A stretch of DNA of 32,000 nucleotides from Candidatus Brachytrichaceae bacterium NZ_4S206 (GCA_042566265.1 JBHOMX010000025.1:80749-112748); one strand, 5' to 3'. Counted from the first letter of the stretch, positions 16,786 to 27,413 are shown. Translations and numbers: made by a program. Notes: a model not told the origin generated them from the sequence alone.

Positions 16786-17121
16786 CTAGACAGCTCCGTT
16801 TGTTAATCCTCGCCAATTCGTGTCACAAAGCTCTATGTATCTAGAATCGAAAAACTCTTCTATTCCGCATATTTCACATTCGCATCCTCTCCCCTCCTCA
16901 TCTTGAAAGACCAACCCCGTAACCAAAATCGGCTTCCTTTCAACTGCGTCGAGTATGAGACTTACTAAGTCCTCATCCGGATAGTATGTGGCGTCACCAA
17001 ACCACACGGCCACTCTCCACGACGATTCACTGCATGGATCGCCCTCTACAATCTCCCACTCTACAGGGACTGTTCTACGAAACTTTCCGAGTTCAAACAC
17101 CAGAATGCCCTTTCGCGACAT
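16786..17121 (-). CDS. Putative immunity protein for RHS module 1 (no recognisable family)
   Basis: ATG 17121 has AAGGAG 10 nt upstream. An alternative TTG at 17154 overlaps the toxin stop (TTGA). Intact 111-aa ORF MSRKGILVFELGKF..., AT-richer than the surroundings, positioned directly after a toxin module. Confidence 0.55.
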   Translation of the reverse strand: MSRKGILVFELGKFRRTVPVEWEIVEGDPCSESSWRVAVWFGDATYYPDEDLVSLILDAVERKPILVTGLVFQDEEGRGCECEICGIEEFFDSRYIELCDTNWRGLTNGAV

Positions 17122-17150
17122 AGCAACACGACTCCTTGTGGTGCTTGTGG

Positions 17151-18099
17151 TCAAGGTGCCGATACTATTCCAGTCAAGGAGACAACCGTATTCGATTCGC
17201 GCAGCGTAATCGAGACACCTAGGTTCGGAGTAGTGTATTCGTAAGATAGCTTAAGCACTTCATGCGTAGTCGCCCAGCGCACCGGAACTGGATCTGTTCC
17301 TGCTAAAGCATGAACCACTAAGCTTCGGTTGTTGGTGGCATAAATAGCGCCATCTTCTAAATTCGTGAAGCGGCCACTATAGCCCTTCTCGTGCGTCCTC
17401 GTTGGTCATGAGTTCATATCGGAAGTCTTCTGAAACACTCTCACGGGCAAAGCGTCAGGACTCAGCTGACCACTCTTGATTCGATCAGCTACATCGAACA
17501 CGCTTTGATTAGCGAAGGGGCCTTTTGATCCGAAGTTCTCGGATGCAGAGTCCTGCGTCCAGCGAATTGTTGAACGTGGTAAAGCTTGAGGGCGAGGAGC
17601 CGGCAGCTGCGGCGCATTGGCCGATTTGGGCGCGGGCAATTGTCGCGATGGCGGAGTGTATCTTGGCGCGCCGTAATTGACATATTCCCCCGAAAGCGGG
17701 ATTAAAAACGATGTTGCCCCCGCCTTCTATGTAGGGTTTGCAGTTGATTCGCAGGCAGCGCGGATCACCTTGCTGCTGAGGCTTATGCCCACTCGGATCG
17801 GTGTAGCGCAGCGGGTTGTTCAGGACATACGCAGACCGGTTCAGCGCCTGCGGGTTGGCGGGATCAGGAACGATGGTATCCGCGCTGATGAACCGCGCCA
17901 GCAGCGGCGAATACATCCGCGCGTTGCCGGAGCGCAGCAGAGGTCCCCGCAGGGGATAGTCATAGAGGCCGACACTGCCTTCCAAACGCTGGCCGGCAGC
18001 TACGTCCCGCGTGAGCGCAGCGAACAGCGGGATGAACTGCCGGTCGGTCGGCCAGGTGCCAGCGCTCCGAGGGCTATAGCTTGTTCGTAAGAAGCTGCG
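17151..18099 (-). pseudogene. Orphan RHS C-terminal module 1: RHS core tail + uncharacterised toxin domain, disrupted by a +1 frameshift and an in-frame TGA
   Basis: Open from 18099. It reads ...GLYDYPLRGPLLRSGNARMYSPLLARFISADTIVPDPANPQALNRSAYVLNNPLRYTDPSGH. A frame change follows at one of two G5 runs (plus-strand C5 at 17717-17721 or 17687-17691). Next come a Pro-rich linker (YGAPRYTPPSRQLPAPKSANAPQLPAPRPQALP) and STIRWTQDSASENF..SVFDVADRIKSGQLSPDALPVRVFQKTSDMNS. TGA at 17406-17408 is followed in the same frame by PTRTHEKGYSGRFTNLEDGAIYATNNRSLVVHALAGTDPVPVRWATTHEV..., ending at TGA 17151-17153. Confidence 0.65.
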
Positions 18100-18114
18100 T
18101 CACATAAGAGATAC

Positions 18115-18468
18115 TTAGCCTGCAAAGTACTGCCCGAATCGTCGTATAAGCTCTTCCTGCTCTTTGTTGGGTTGCCATTTGCCCTCTCGGATCAGTCTGT
18201 CTATGTCGCAGGCAGCACCTCGATAAGCTTTCGCTCGGATCACTTCATGGATAGCTCGTAAGGCCGCGACCTCTCCTGTGAGCATGAGCATGTCCTCCAG
18301 CGTTAGCCTTTCATCGAGTGCGATCAGCTCAGATATGAGTCGCTTGGCTTCCTCATATCGGTCTTCAGATGCTAGCCTCTCAAGGCGTTCTAGCAGAGTG
18401 AACAATCGAGGATCCTGCCGCTGCTCGAATTGGCGCTTCATCCATTCCACATATGCTTTGTCGTCCAT
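18115..18468 (-). CDS. Hypothetical 117-aa all-helical acidic protein (possible orphan immunity protein)
   Basis: Intact ORF MDDKAYVEWMKRQFEQRQDPRLFTLLERLERLASEDRYEEAKRLISELIALDERL... with AGAGG/GAGGG upstream. It is the first gene of the AT-richer island and ends 13 nt before the frame that carries RHS module 1. Confidence 0.55.
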   Translation of the reverse strand: MDDKAYVEWMKRQFEQRQDPRLFTLLERLERLASEDRYEEAKRLISELIALDERLTLEDMLMLTGEVAALRAIHEVIRAKAYRGAACDIDRLIREGKWQPNKEQEELIRRFGQYFAG

Positions 18469-18850
18469 GGACCCTCACGCCTCTTTATGGACCCAACAAA
18501 CTCACTGTGTCTACATATACACTCATCATTCGCTCATTTTTAAGGTGTTTTCTCGGATTTGCGACACCCATATATGCCGGTTTCCTAGTTATCAACCACT
18601 ACATACAGACAAGCCGCGAATTGCCGTGGTACCCAGACTGCCGCGCCAATCGCCGGGTTGCCAGGAATTGGGCAAAATGGTCTGGCTGATGTTGACCAAA
18701 TCACGAGCTGTTCTAGTGTAAGGCCCTATGATGTTTCGCGAGTTGAGAAACTTTTTGTGAATGTCTTTTGCTAATCGAGCCGGTGCATCGTCGAATTTGC
18801 GATGACTGGCCCGAAAGCAGCGAAGATGCTGCCCAAAGCGTCGTCCGCAA

Positions 18851-19903
18851 CTACCCGACGACCCGCGCCGCCTCCGGCGCGAAGCTGATCGTCACGGTAT
18901 CGCCGGCGTGGGGCGGGGTGAAATTGGGGTTATTCAGCGCGTCGGCAACGAACGCCGAGCCGTTCACGCTCAACTGCACGCGCACGATCGAGCCGAGGAA
19001 GGTGACACCTTCCACCCGCGCGGTCAGCCGGTTGTCGCCAGGCGCCGCACCGTTCAAGGCGATCGTCTCCGGGCGCAGGGCAATCGTCACAGCATCGCCG
19101 GGGCGCTTATCGGCGAGCGGCTGACCGAGCCGCACCGGCTGGCCGCCCACTATCACGCAGCCGTCAGCGCCGGCGACACCGCGCAGCGTGCTGAGCGTGC
19201 CGACGAAGCGGGCGACGAACTCAGTCTGCGGCCGGTTGTAGATCTCGAACGGCGCGCCGACCTGCTCGATACGCCCGGCATTCATCACCACGATCCGATC
19301 GGAGAGCGCCAGCGCCTCTTCCTGGTCGTGCGTGACGTAGATGGTGGTGATGTGCAGCGCTTGCTGAATGCGCCGGATCTCGTTGCGCAGCTCGTCGCGG
19401 ATTTTGGCGTCGAGCGCCGAGAGCGGCTCGTCGAGCAGCAGCACGCGCGGCTGGATAGCCAGCGCACGTGCCAGCGCTACACGCTGCTGCTGGCCGCCGG
19501 AGAGCTGATGGCTATAGCGCTTGCCATAGCCCTGCATCTGGATCAACGCGAGCATCTCTTCCACACGTCGTCGGATCACTTCGGCCGGCGCCTTCGCCAT
19601 GCGCAAGCCGAAGGCGATGTTGTCGGCCACTGTCATGTTGGGGAAGAGCGCATAGGACTGGAAGACCATGCCCAGTCGGCGCTTGTTAGGCGGCGTGTCG
19701 GTCACATCCTCGCCATCAATGCGAATTCGGCCTTCGGTGGGCTGCTCGAAGCCGGCGATCATGCGCAGCGTGGTCGTTTTGCCGCAACCACTGGGGCCAA
19801 GGAACGAGACGAACTCGCCCTGCTCGACGTCCAGGTCGAACGACTCGACGGCGGTCGTCGTGCCGAACACCTTGCGCAGGTGGATCAATTCGAGATAGGC
19901 CAT
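18851..19903 (-). CDS. ABC importer ATP-binding protein (PotA/FbpC-like)
   Basis: Walker A GPSGCGKTT, signature LSGGQQQRVALARAL, Walker B LLLDEPLSALD, and a C-terminal TOBE-like regulatory domain. Confidence 0.9.
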   Translation of the reverse strand: MAYLELIHLRKVFGTTTAVESFDLDVEQGEFVSFLGPSGCGKTTTLRMIAGFEQPTEGRIRIDGEDVTDTPPNKRRLGMVFQSYALFPNMTVADNIAFGLRMAKAPAEVIRRRVEEMLALIQMQGYGKRYSHQLSGGQQQRVALARALAIQPRVLLLDEPLSALDAKIRDELRNEIRRIQQALHITTIYVTHDQEEALALSDRIVVMNAGRIEQVGAPFEIYNRPQTEFVARFVGTLSTLRGVAGADGCVIVGGQPVRLGQPLADKRPGDAVTIALRPETIALNGAAPGDNRLTARVEGVTFLGSIVRVQLSVNGSAFVADALNNPNFTPPHAGDTVTISFAPEAARVVG

Positions 19904-19921
19904 GGCGTGCGCGACTATGTT

Positions 19922-20794
19922 TTACCTCATTCCGGTCATCTGCGTCTGGCCGGTGCCGCGGCCCACGCGCTGGATGAGCAGCACCAAAATCCAAACCAGC
20001 ACGAAGCTGATGATCGTCAGCGCGGCCGGCTCGAAGATCTTGTTGTTGCCGACCGAGGCCATATACGACCCAAAGGCGCGTTCGTCGGGGAAGAGGAAGT
20101 TGGCCAGCGTATATTCGCCGATGGCGATGGCAAAGGTCAACAAGGCCGCACTCAACACCGCGACGCGCAAGTTGGGCAGGATCACCTGAAGGATGATCGC
20201 CGACCAGCCGGCGCCCAGGCTGCGCGCCGCCTCGGTCAGCGTGCGAATGTCAATCGCGCGCAGGCCGATATCCACCGAGCGATACGTGTAGGGCAAGACG
20301 GCGATGGTGTAGCCGCCCACCAGCAGCGCCACCGTGCCCAGCTCGGTGTTCGTCAGCGAGAACGGCGGCCCGCTGTAGGTGCGCAGCAAACCGAACGTGA
20401 GTACGATGCCGGGGATGGCAAAGGGAAGCACGGTGAAGAACTCCAGGGCCGGCTTCAGCTTCGGCACGCGCAGGTGAACCCAGTAGGCCGTGGGCACGAC
20501 GATGGCCGTGCTGACGATGATGGTCAACACAGCCATCAGGCACGAGAAGAGCAACGACGAGTAGAAGCGCGGCAGGTTGAGATTAATCTTGAATGGCGAC
20601 GTTTGCACCTGGATCACTTTGTCGGGCTCAGGAATGGCGAGCACGTTGGCGTAAGCGGTGAAGCCGATTTCACCGCGCCGGGCGCGCAGCGAATAGTCGA
20701 ACTGCGTCACCAGCGGCACGATCAGGTAAGCTGCGCAGACGATGAAGATCGCCCAGGCGAAAAGCCGCGCAACGGGAGAGCGGTTGCCGGTCAT
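19922..20794 (-). CDS. ABC importer permease (second)
   Basis: Polytopic, with the EAA loop LTEAARSLGAGWSAIILQVILPN. The start ATG overlaps the stop of the upstream small gene (ATGA). Confidence 0.9.
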   Translation of the reverse strand: MTGNRSPVARLFAWAIFIVCAAYLIVPLVTQFDYSLRARRGEIGFTAYANVLAIPEPDKVIQVQTSPFKINLNLPRFYSSLLFSCLMAVLTIIVSTAIVVPTAYWVHLRVPKLKPALEFFTVLPFAIPGIVLTFGLLRTYSGPPFSLTNTELGTVALLVGGYTIAVLPYTYRSVDIGLRAIDIRTLTEAARSLGAGWSAIILQVILPNLRVAVLSAALLTFAIAIGEYTLANFLFPDERAFGSYMASVGNNKIFEPAALTIISFVLVWILVLLIQRVGRGTGQTQMTGMR

Positions 20795-21033
20795 GGGATC
20801 TCTGCCTCGCGTTGCGGTGTATAGAGCTTGAACTTGCGCCGGATGCGGTTCAAATCTTCAGGCGATTCTACATAGCTCTCGACATAGCCGCAGGTGCAGC
20901 ACACGTAACGCGCGACCGGCACGCTGGTCAAATAGCCGCCCCAGTCCACGATGATGGACGTTTCGTCCTGCTGCCCAGGCACGCGCGCGATGATGTCGCT
21001 GCCGCACTTGGAGCAAATACCGGTGGTTTTCAT
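20791..21033 (-). CDS. Small zinc-ribbon protein embedded in the ABC importer operon
   Basis: 80 aa with CSKCG...CCTCG (two CxxC knuckles). Strong SD (GGAGGTGAGGAG) before ATG 21033, GC-rich third positions like its neighbours, and an ATGA stop/start overlap with the next permease. Confidence 0.7.
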   Translation of the reverse strand: MKTTGICSKCGSDIIARVPGQQDETSIIVDWGGYLTSVPVARYVCCTCGYVESYVESPEDLNRIRRKFKLYTPQREAEIP

Positions 21034-21049
21034 CTCCTCACCTCCTGCG

Positions 21050-21937
21050 CTAACGCAACCAGCGCGCCGTCACGCGCTGTAACCAGACATACAACGCGAT
21101 AGAGATCGCCAGGATCACCACCATGCCAAAGGCCAGCGCATAGCTCAAGCCGGGGTTGTAGAGCACGTCGCCGCGAATCTGCCGGCTGATGACGCGGGTC
21201 ACCACGTCCACCTTGCTGCCGGTGAGCGCTTCGGCGGTGGCGTACGCGCCGAAGGCGTTGCCGAACAGCAGCACCATCGCGCCGAGAAACGACGGCAATA
21301 GAATCGGGAAGCCGACGTAGCGCCAGAAGTCGAACGTCGTGCCGCCTAGGTTGGTCGCCGCCTCGAGCCACTCGCGCTTCAGTCCGTCGAACGCCGGCAC
21401 CATGATCAGCAGCATCAGTGGGAATTGGAAATACAGATAAGCCAGGATCAGGCCCTGCACAGTGTAAATACTGAAGCCGGCGGCATAGAGGTCAATGCCG
21501 AAGACGTTGCGCAGGAAAGCCGGCAGCGCGCCGGTGCGGCCAAGCAGGGTGATGAAGGCGAACGCCAGCGGAATCCCACCGAAGTTCGCCGCCACGCTGC
21601 TGAAGGTAATGACGCCCGAACGAATCCGTCCTGATAGGCCGCCCCAGGTAATCGCGTAGGCCAGCAACGCTCCCAAGCTCGCCCCGATTACCGCCGTCAC
21701 CACGCTCAGCTCGATGCTGGTGCGATACGACTCCAGGATGAGCGGCTGGAAGAGCCCGGCGATGTTATCGAACGTGAAGTTGCCATCGCGGTCGCGAAAG
21801 GCCCCGGCCATGATCGTCAGCGACGGCAGCAGAAGGAAGGCGAAGACGAACGTGAAGAACGGCAGTGTCCCCAGCCAGGCCCACGACATCGGCGGGGCGG
21901 TCGGCTTCGCCCTAGGAGCAGCGATCGCTGTGTCCAT
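21050..21937 (-). CDS. ABC importer permease (first)
   Basis: Polytopic, with the EAA loop WLEAATNLGGTTFDFWRYVGFPILLP. The track start GTG 21955 lies inside a 17-bp hairpin stem, so ATG 21937 (MDTAIAAP..) is preferred. The start remains uncertain. Confidence 0.85.
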   Translation of the reverse strand: MDTAIAAPRAKPTAPPMSWAWLGTLPFFTFVFAFLLLPSLTIMAGAFRDRDGNFTFDNIAGLFQPLILESYRTSIELSVVTAVIGASLGALLAYAITWGGLSGRIRSGVITFSSVAANFGGIPLAFAFITLLGRTGALPAFLRNVFGIDLYAAGFSIYTVQGLILAYLYFQFPLMLLIMVPAFDGLKREWLEAATNLGGTTFDFWRYVGFPILLPSFLGAMVLLFGNAFGAYATAEALTGSKVDVVTRVISRQIRGDVLYNPGLSYALAFGMVVILAISIALYVWLQRVTARWLR

Positions 21938-21952
21938 CGCGCCAGACAGAAT

Positions 21953-21991
21953 CACAGAAACCAGGTTTCCCGGAGAAACCTGGTTTCTGTG
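21953..21991 (-). promoter_or_regulatory. Perfect 17-bp stem / 5-nt loop intercistronic hairpin between the SBP and first permease genes
   Basis: CACAGAAACCAGGTTTC ccgga GAAACCTGGTTTCTGTG (21953-21969 pairs with 21975-21991). Located 24 nt after the SBP stop. Confidence 0.7.
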
Positions 21992-22014
21992 ACGATTCTA
22001 CGGCAATCAATGGC

Positions 22015-23241
22015 TCATTGGAGCTTGCGGAACTCGATCTTGGTCACCTTGTCCCAGTTCTCGGCCAGCAATTGCTTGTGCTTGTTCAACTGCTCCAGCG
22101 TGGGGAAGACGGCCTTGGCATACAGCTCATCCGACGGCAGCTTGGCAGCCAGATCTTCGGGGATCACCTTGCGGGCGACCAGATCGTTGTAGCGCGTCGG
22201 GTGGCAGTAGCCCTTGATCCAGATGAGCGAGCCTTCATCGGAGAAGACGTGCTCCATCCACAGCTTGGCGGCGTTGGGGTGCGGCGCGTACTTGCTGATG
22301 GCGGTGGCGTAGTGGCCGGCCAACTGTGCCGACTTGGGGATGACCACCTCGATGTTGATGCTGTCCTTGTTGGCGTCGCGCTGCGCCAGCGCGTTGTAGT
22401 CCCAGTCGAAGACGATCGGCGTCTCACCGCGCCCGAAGGTCTGCTGGTTCCACGACGGCAGGAAGTTGCCGATGGCGTTGAGCTGGGCGAAGAACTCCAG
22501 ACCCTTCGACGAGTCATCGGGCGAACCGCCCATCGCCAGCGCAGCGTTGAACACAGCCTGCGCCTGCGAGTTGCCAATGCGCGGATCGTTGATGGAGACC
22601 ATGCCCTTGTATTCCGGCTTGAGCAGATCGGCGAAGTCCTGAGGCACGGCCGGCACCGCGTCCACGTTCACCTGCATCGCCATCACGCCATAGTAGTTGC
22701 CGGTCCACAGCCCATCGGGGTGCTTCAGGTTGTCGGGGATAGTGTCCCAGGTCGAGACCTTGTAGGGCGCGACCAAGTCTTCCTCCACCGCTTGAACGGC
22801 GAAGGCTGGCCCAATGTCCAGCACATCCGGCGCCTGCGGACCCTTGTTGTCCTTGTTGGCCTTCACGGCTTCCAGTTCCTCGGCCGAGCCGGCGTCGGGC
22901 GTGATCTCGTTGACCTTCAGGCCATACTTCTGCTTGAACGTCTCGATCATCTCGCCATAGTTACACCAGTCGTGCGGCAGGGCGATGACGTTCAGCTCAC
23001 CTTCGGCCTGCGCCGCAGCAATCAGCGCCGCCATGTCCATCGCCTCTTGCGCTTTGGGCACGGCAGTCGCCACAGCCTCACTCACTTGTGTAGCAGCAGC
23101 TTGGATGGTCGGCGCGGCAGTCGCGGCTGCTTCCTTCGCCTGCTGCACGGCCGTAGGCACTGCGCCGGTCTGCGGCACAGCGCAGGCTGCGAGCATGAGC
23201 GCAATCGTCGTGGTCAGCACTAACGCGTTCGTCTTTCTCAT
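22015..23241 (-). CDS. ABC importer substrate-binding lipoprotein
   Basis: ATG 23241 is preceded by CAGGAGGACATC. Lipoprotein signal MRKTNALVLTTTIALMLAAC, an Ala/Thr-rich linker, then a periplasmic-binding-protein fold (LNVIALPHDWCNYGE...). The track ORF adds 80 implausible N-terminal codons. Confidence 0.85.
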   Translation of the reverse strand: MRKTNALVLTTTIALMLAACAVPQTGAVPTAVQQAKEAAATAAPTIQAAATQVSEAVATAVPKAQEAMDMAALIAAAQAEGELNVIALPHDWCNYGEMIETFKQKYGLKVNEITPDAGSAEELEAVKANKDNKGPQAPDVLDIGPAFAVQAVEEDLVAPYKVSTWDTIPDNLKHPDGLWTGNYYGVMAMQVNVDAVPAVPQDFADLLKPEYKGMVSINDPRIGNSQAQAVFNAALAMGGSPDDSSKGLEFFAQLNAIGNFLPSWNQQTFGRGETPIVFDWDYNALAQRDANKDSINIEVVIPKSAQLAGHYATAISKYAPHPNAAKLWMEHVFSDEGSLIWIKGYCHPTRYNDLVARKVIPEDLAAKLPSDELYAKAVFPTLEQLNKHKQLLAENWDKVTKIEFRKLQ

Positions 23242-23347
23242 GATGTCCTCCTGTTGATCACAGGAATATCTCAGCCGAAATTCTTTAAGGGACGTGTGAG
23301 TTCGTGTGAAGAGGTGTTTAAAGCGGCGGCATGAGAGAATTCGCACT

Positions 23348-23857
23348 ATGGCAAAGCAATACAAGTCCCCGCCCCCCATGGTGATTGACCCGACCAAAAA
23401 GTACACGGCTCGGCTCAAGACCGGCAAGGGTGACATCATGATCGAGTTGTTCGCCGACAAGGTTCCCAACACCGTCAACAACTTCGTCTTCCTCGCTCGC
23501 GAGGGCTACTACGACGGCACGACCTTCCACCGCGTCATCAAGGATTTCATGATCCAGGGCGGCGACCCGACCGGCACCGGCCGCGGCGGCCCCGGCTATC
23601 AGTTCAAGGACGAATTTCATCCCTCACTTAGGCACGACGGGCCGGGCATTCTGTCCATGGCCAACGCCGGCCCGAACACCAACGGCTCGCAGTTCTTCAT
23701 CACGCACGTCGCCACGCCCTGGCTGGATGGCAAGCACACCGTCTTCGGCAGGGTGATCGAGGGCATGGACGTGGTGAATGCCATTCCCGAACGTGACCCC
23801 AGCCGCGCCCGCCAACCTGGCGAAGCGCTGATCCGCGTCGAGATCATCGAGGAGTGA
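23348..23857 (+). CDS. Cyclophilin-type peptidyl-prolyl cis-trans isomerase
   Basis: MAKQYKSP..., [25 protein letters not shown] and [17 protein letters not shown]. Confidence 0.9.
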   Translation: MAKQYKSPPPMVIDPTKKYTARLKTGKGDIMIELFADKVPNTVNNFVFLAREGYYDGTTFHRVIKDFMIQGGDPTGTGRGGPGYQFKDEFHPSLRHDGPGILSMANAGPNTNGSQFFITHVATPWLDGKHTVFGRVIEGMDVVNAIPERDPSRARQPGEALIRVEIIEE

Positions 23858-23940
23858 GAAATTGAAATGCAGAATTGAAAATTGAAAAGGACGGTTGTCC
23901 CCTTCTGCTTTTCAAATTTTCAATTCTCAATTCTCAATTC
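23858..23940. repeat. AATTGA(G/A)A-type palindromic element between the PPIase gene and murI
   Basis: GAAATTGAAATGCAGAATTGAAAATTGAAAAGGacggttgtccCCTTCTGCTTTTCAAATTTTCAATTCTCAATTCTCAATTC. The arms AGAATTGAAAATTGAAAAGG and CCTTCTGCTTTTCAAATTTTCAATTCT pair. The reverse complement of 23921-23940 is GAATTGAGAATTGAGAATTG, matching the lon-internal copy. Confidence 0.75.
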
Positions 23941-24762
23941 GTGATCGGCGTCTTCGACTCCGGCGTCGGAGGATTGTCGGTGTGGCGCGAAGTCGTCCGG
24001 CTGATCCCCGATGCCTCCTTGGTCTACTTGGCCGATCAGGCGCACATCCCTTACGGCGGACGGTCGCTCGATGAGGTGCGCGCGCTCACGCTGCGCGCTG
24101 CCGGCTGGTTGATCGAACATGGCTGCGATGTCGTCGTCATCGCCTGCAACACGGCTTCGGCTGCGGCACTCGAGGCACTGCGCACGACCTTTCCGGCGAC
24201 GCCGTTCGTCGGGATGGAGCCGGCCATCAAGCCGGCGGCGCTGCATACGCGAACCGGCGTGGTAGGCGTGTTAGCCACACCGGCCACGCTGCGAAGCGCG
24301 CGTTACGCCGGCTTGGTCTCACGTTGGGGGCACGCCTTGCGCGTCATCGAGCAGCCTTGCCCCGGCTGGGTGGAGGCTGTAGAGCGGCTGCCAGCTGGTG
24401 CTCGTCCCCCAGACGACGCCGGCGTGATCCGCTTGGTCGGCGACTGTGTCACCCCCCTGCTGGCGCAGGACGCGGACACGCTCGTGCTCGGATGCACGCA
24501 CTTTCCTTTCCTCCGGCCGTGGATCGAGCATGTGATCGGCGCATGGCAAGCGGCGCATCCGGGCGCTCATGCCGTGACGATTATTGACCCGGCGCCGGCC
24601 GTCGCCCGGCGCACGCAGCAAGTGTGGCTCGAGCGGGCCGAATCCATCGGCGGCGAAACGCCTGCGCATGAGTTCTGGACGACCGGGTCGGCCGCGCGAT
24701 TCGCTCAGGTCGCCTCAGCGTTGATCGGCCGTCCTGTGTCGGCACATTCGCTCACGCTCTAA
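23941..24762 (+). CDS. murI: Glutamate racemase
   Basis: GTG 23941 gives VIGVFDSGVGGLSV (canonical MurI N-terminus). Catalytic Cys motifs IACNTAS and LGCTHFP are present. The track start (TTG 23875) would add 22 residues encoded by the palindromic element. Confidence 0.9.
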   Translation: MIGVFDSGVGGLSVWREVVRLIPDASLVYLADQAHIPYGGRSLDEVRALTLRAAGWLIEHGCDVVVIACNTASAAALEALRTTFPATPFVGMEPAIKPAALHTRTGVVGVLATPATLRSARYAGLVSRWGHALRVIEQPCPGWVEAVERLPAGARPPDDAGVIRLVGDCVTPLLAQDADTLVLGCTHFPFLRPWIEHVIGAWQAAHPGAHAVTIIDPAPAVARRTQQVWLERAESIGGETPAHEFWTTGSAARFAQVASALIGRPVSAHSLTL

Positions 24763-24799
24763 CACCCGACCAACGTTCGCGTGGTAGGTGTGTTAACCT

Positions 24800-27391
<2,592 letters not shown>

Positions 27392-27413
27392 AAATTTAGG
27401 AGGGCTGGTTTTA

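Noticed and set aside
17406-17408. In-frame TGA in RHS toxin module 1 as selenocysteine or programmed readthrough
   Set aside because: I could not recognise an obvious SECIS-like hairpin immediately downstream. The same module also carries a frameshift and lacks a translation start. Decay (probably TGG to TGA) is the simpler explanation.
18908-20824. 638-aa plus-strand ORF, the longest in this region
   Set aside because: It is antisense to the ABC ATPase and permease genes, which carry canonical Walker A/B, signature and EAA motifs. Its composition (R, D, H, G, A rich) has no domain-like pattern.
23875-23940. Longer murI start (TTG 23875) given by the ORF track
   Set aside because: The extra 22 codons are entirely the palindromic repeat, whereas GTG 23941 gives the canonical MurI N-terminus. 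Kept as a possibility in the findings, not as the call.
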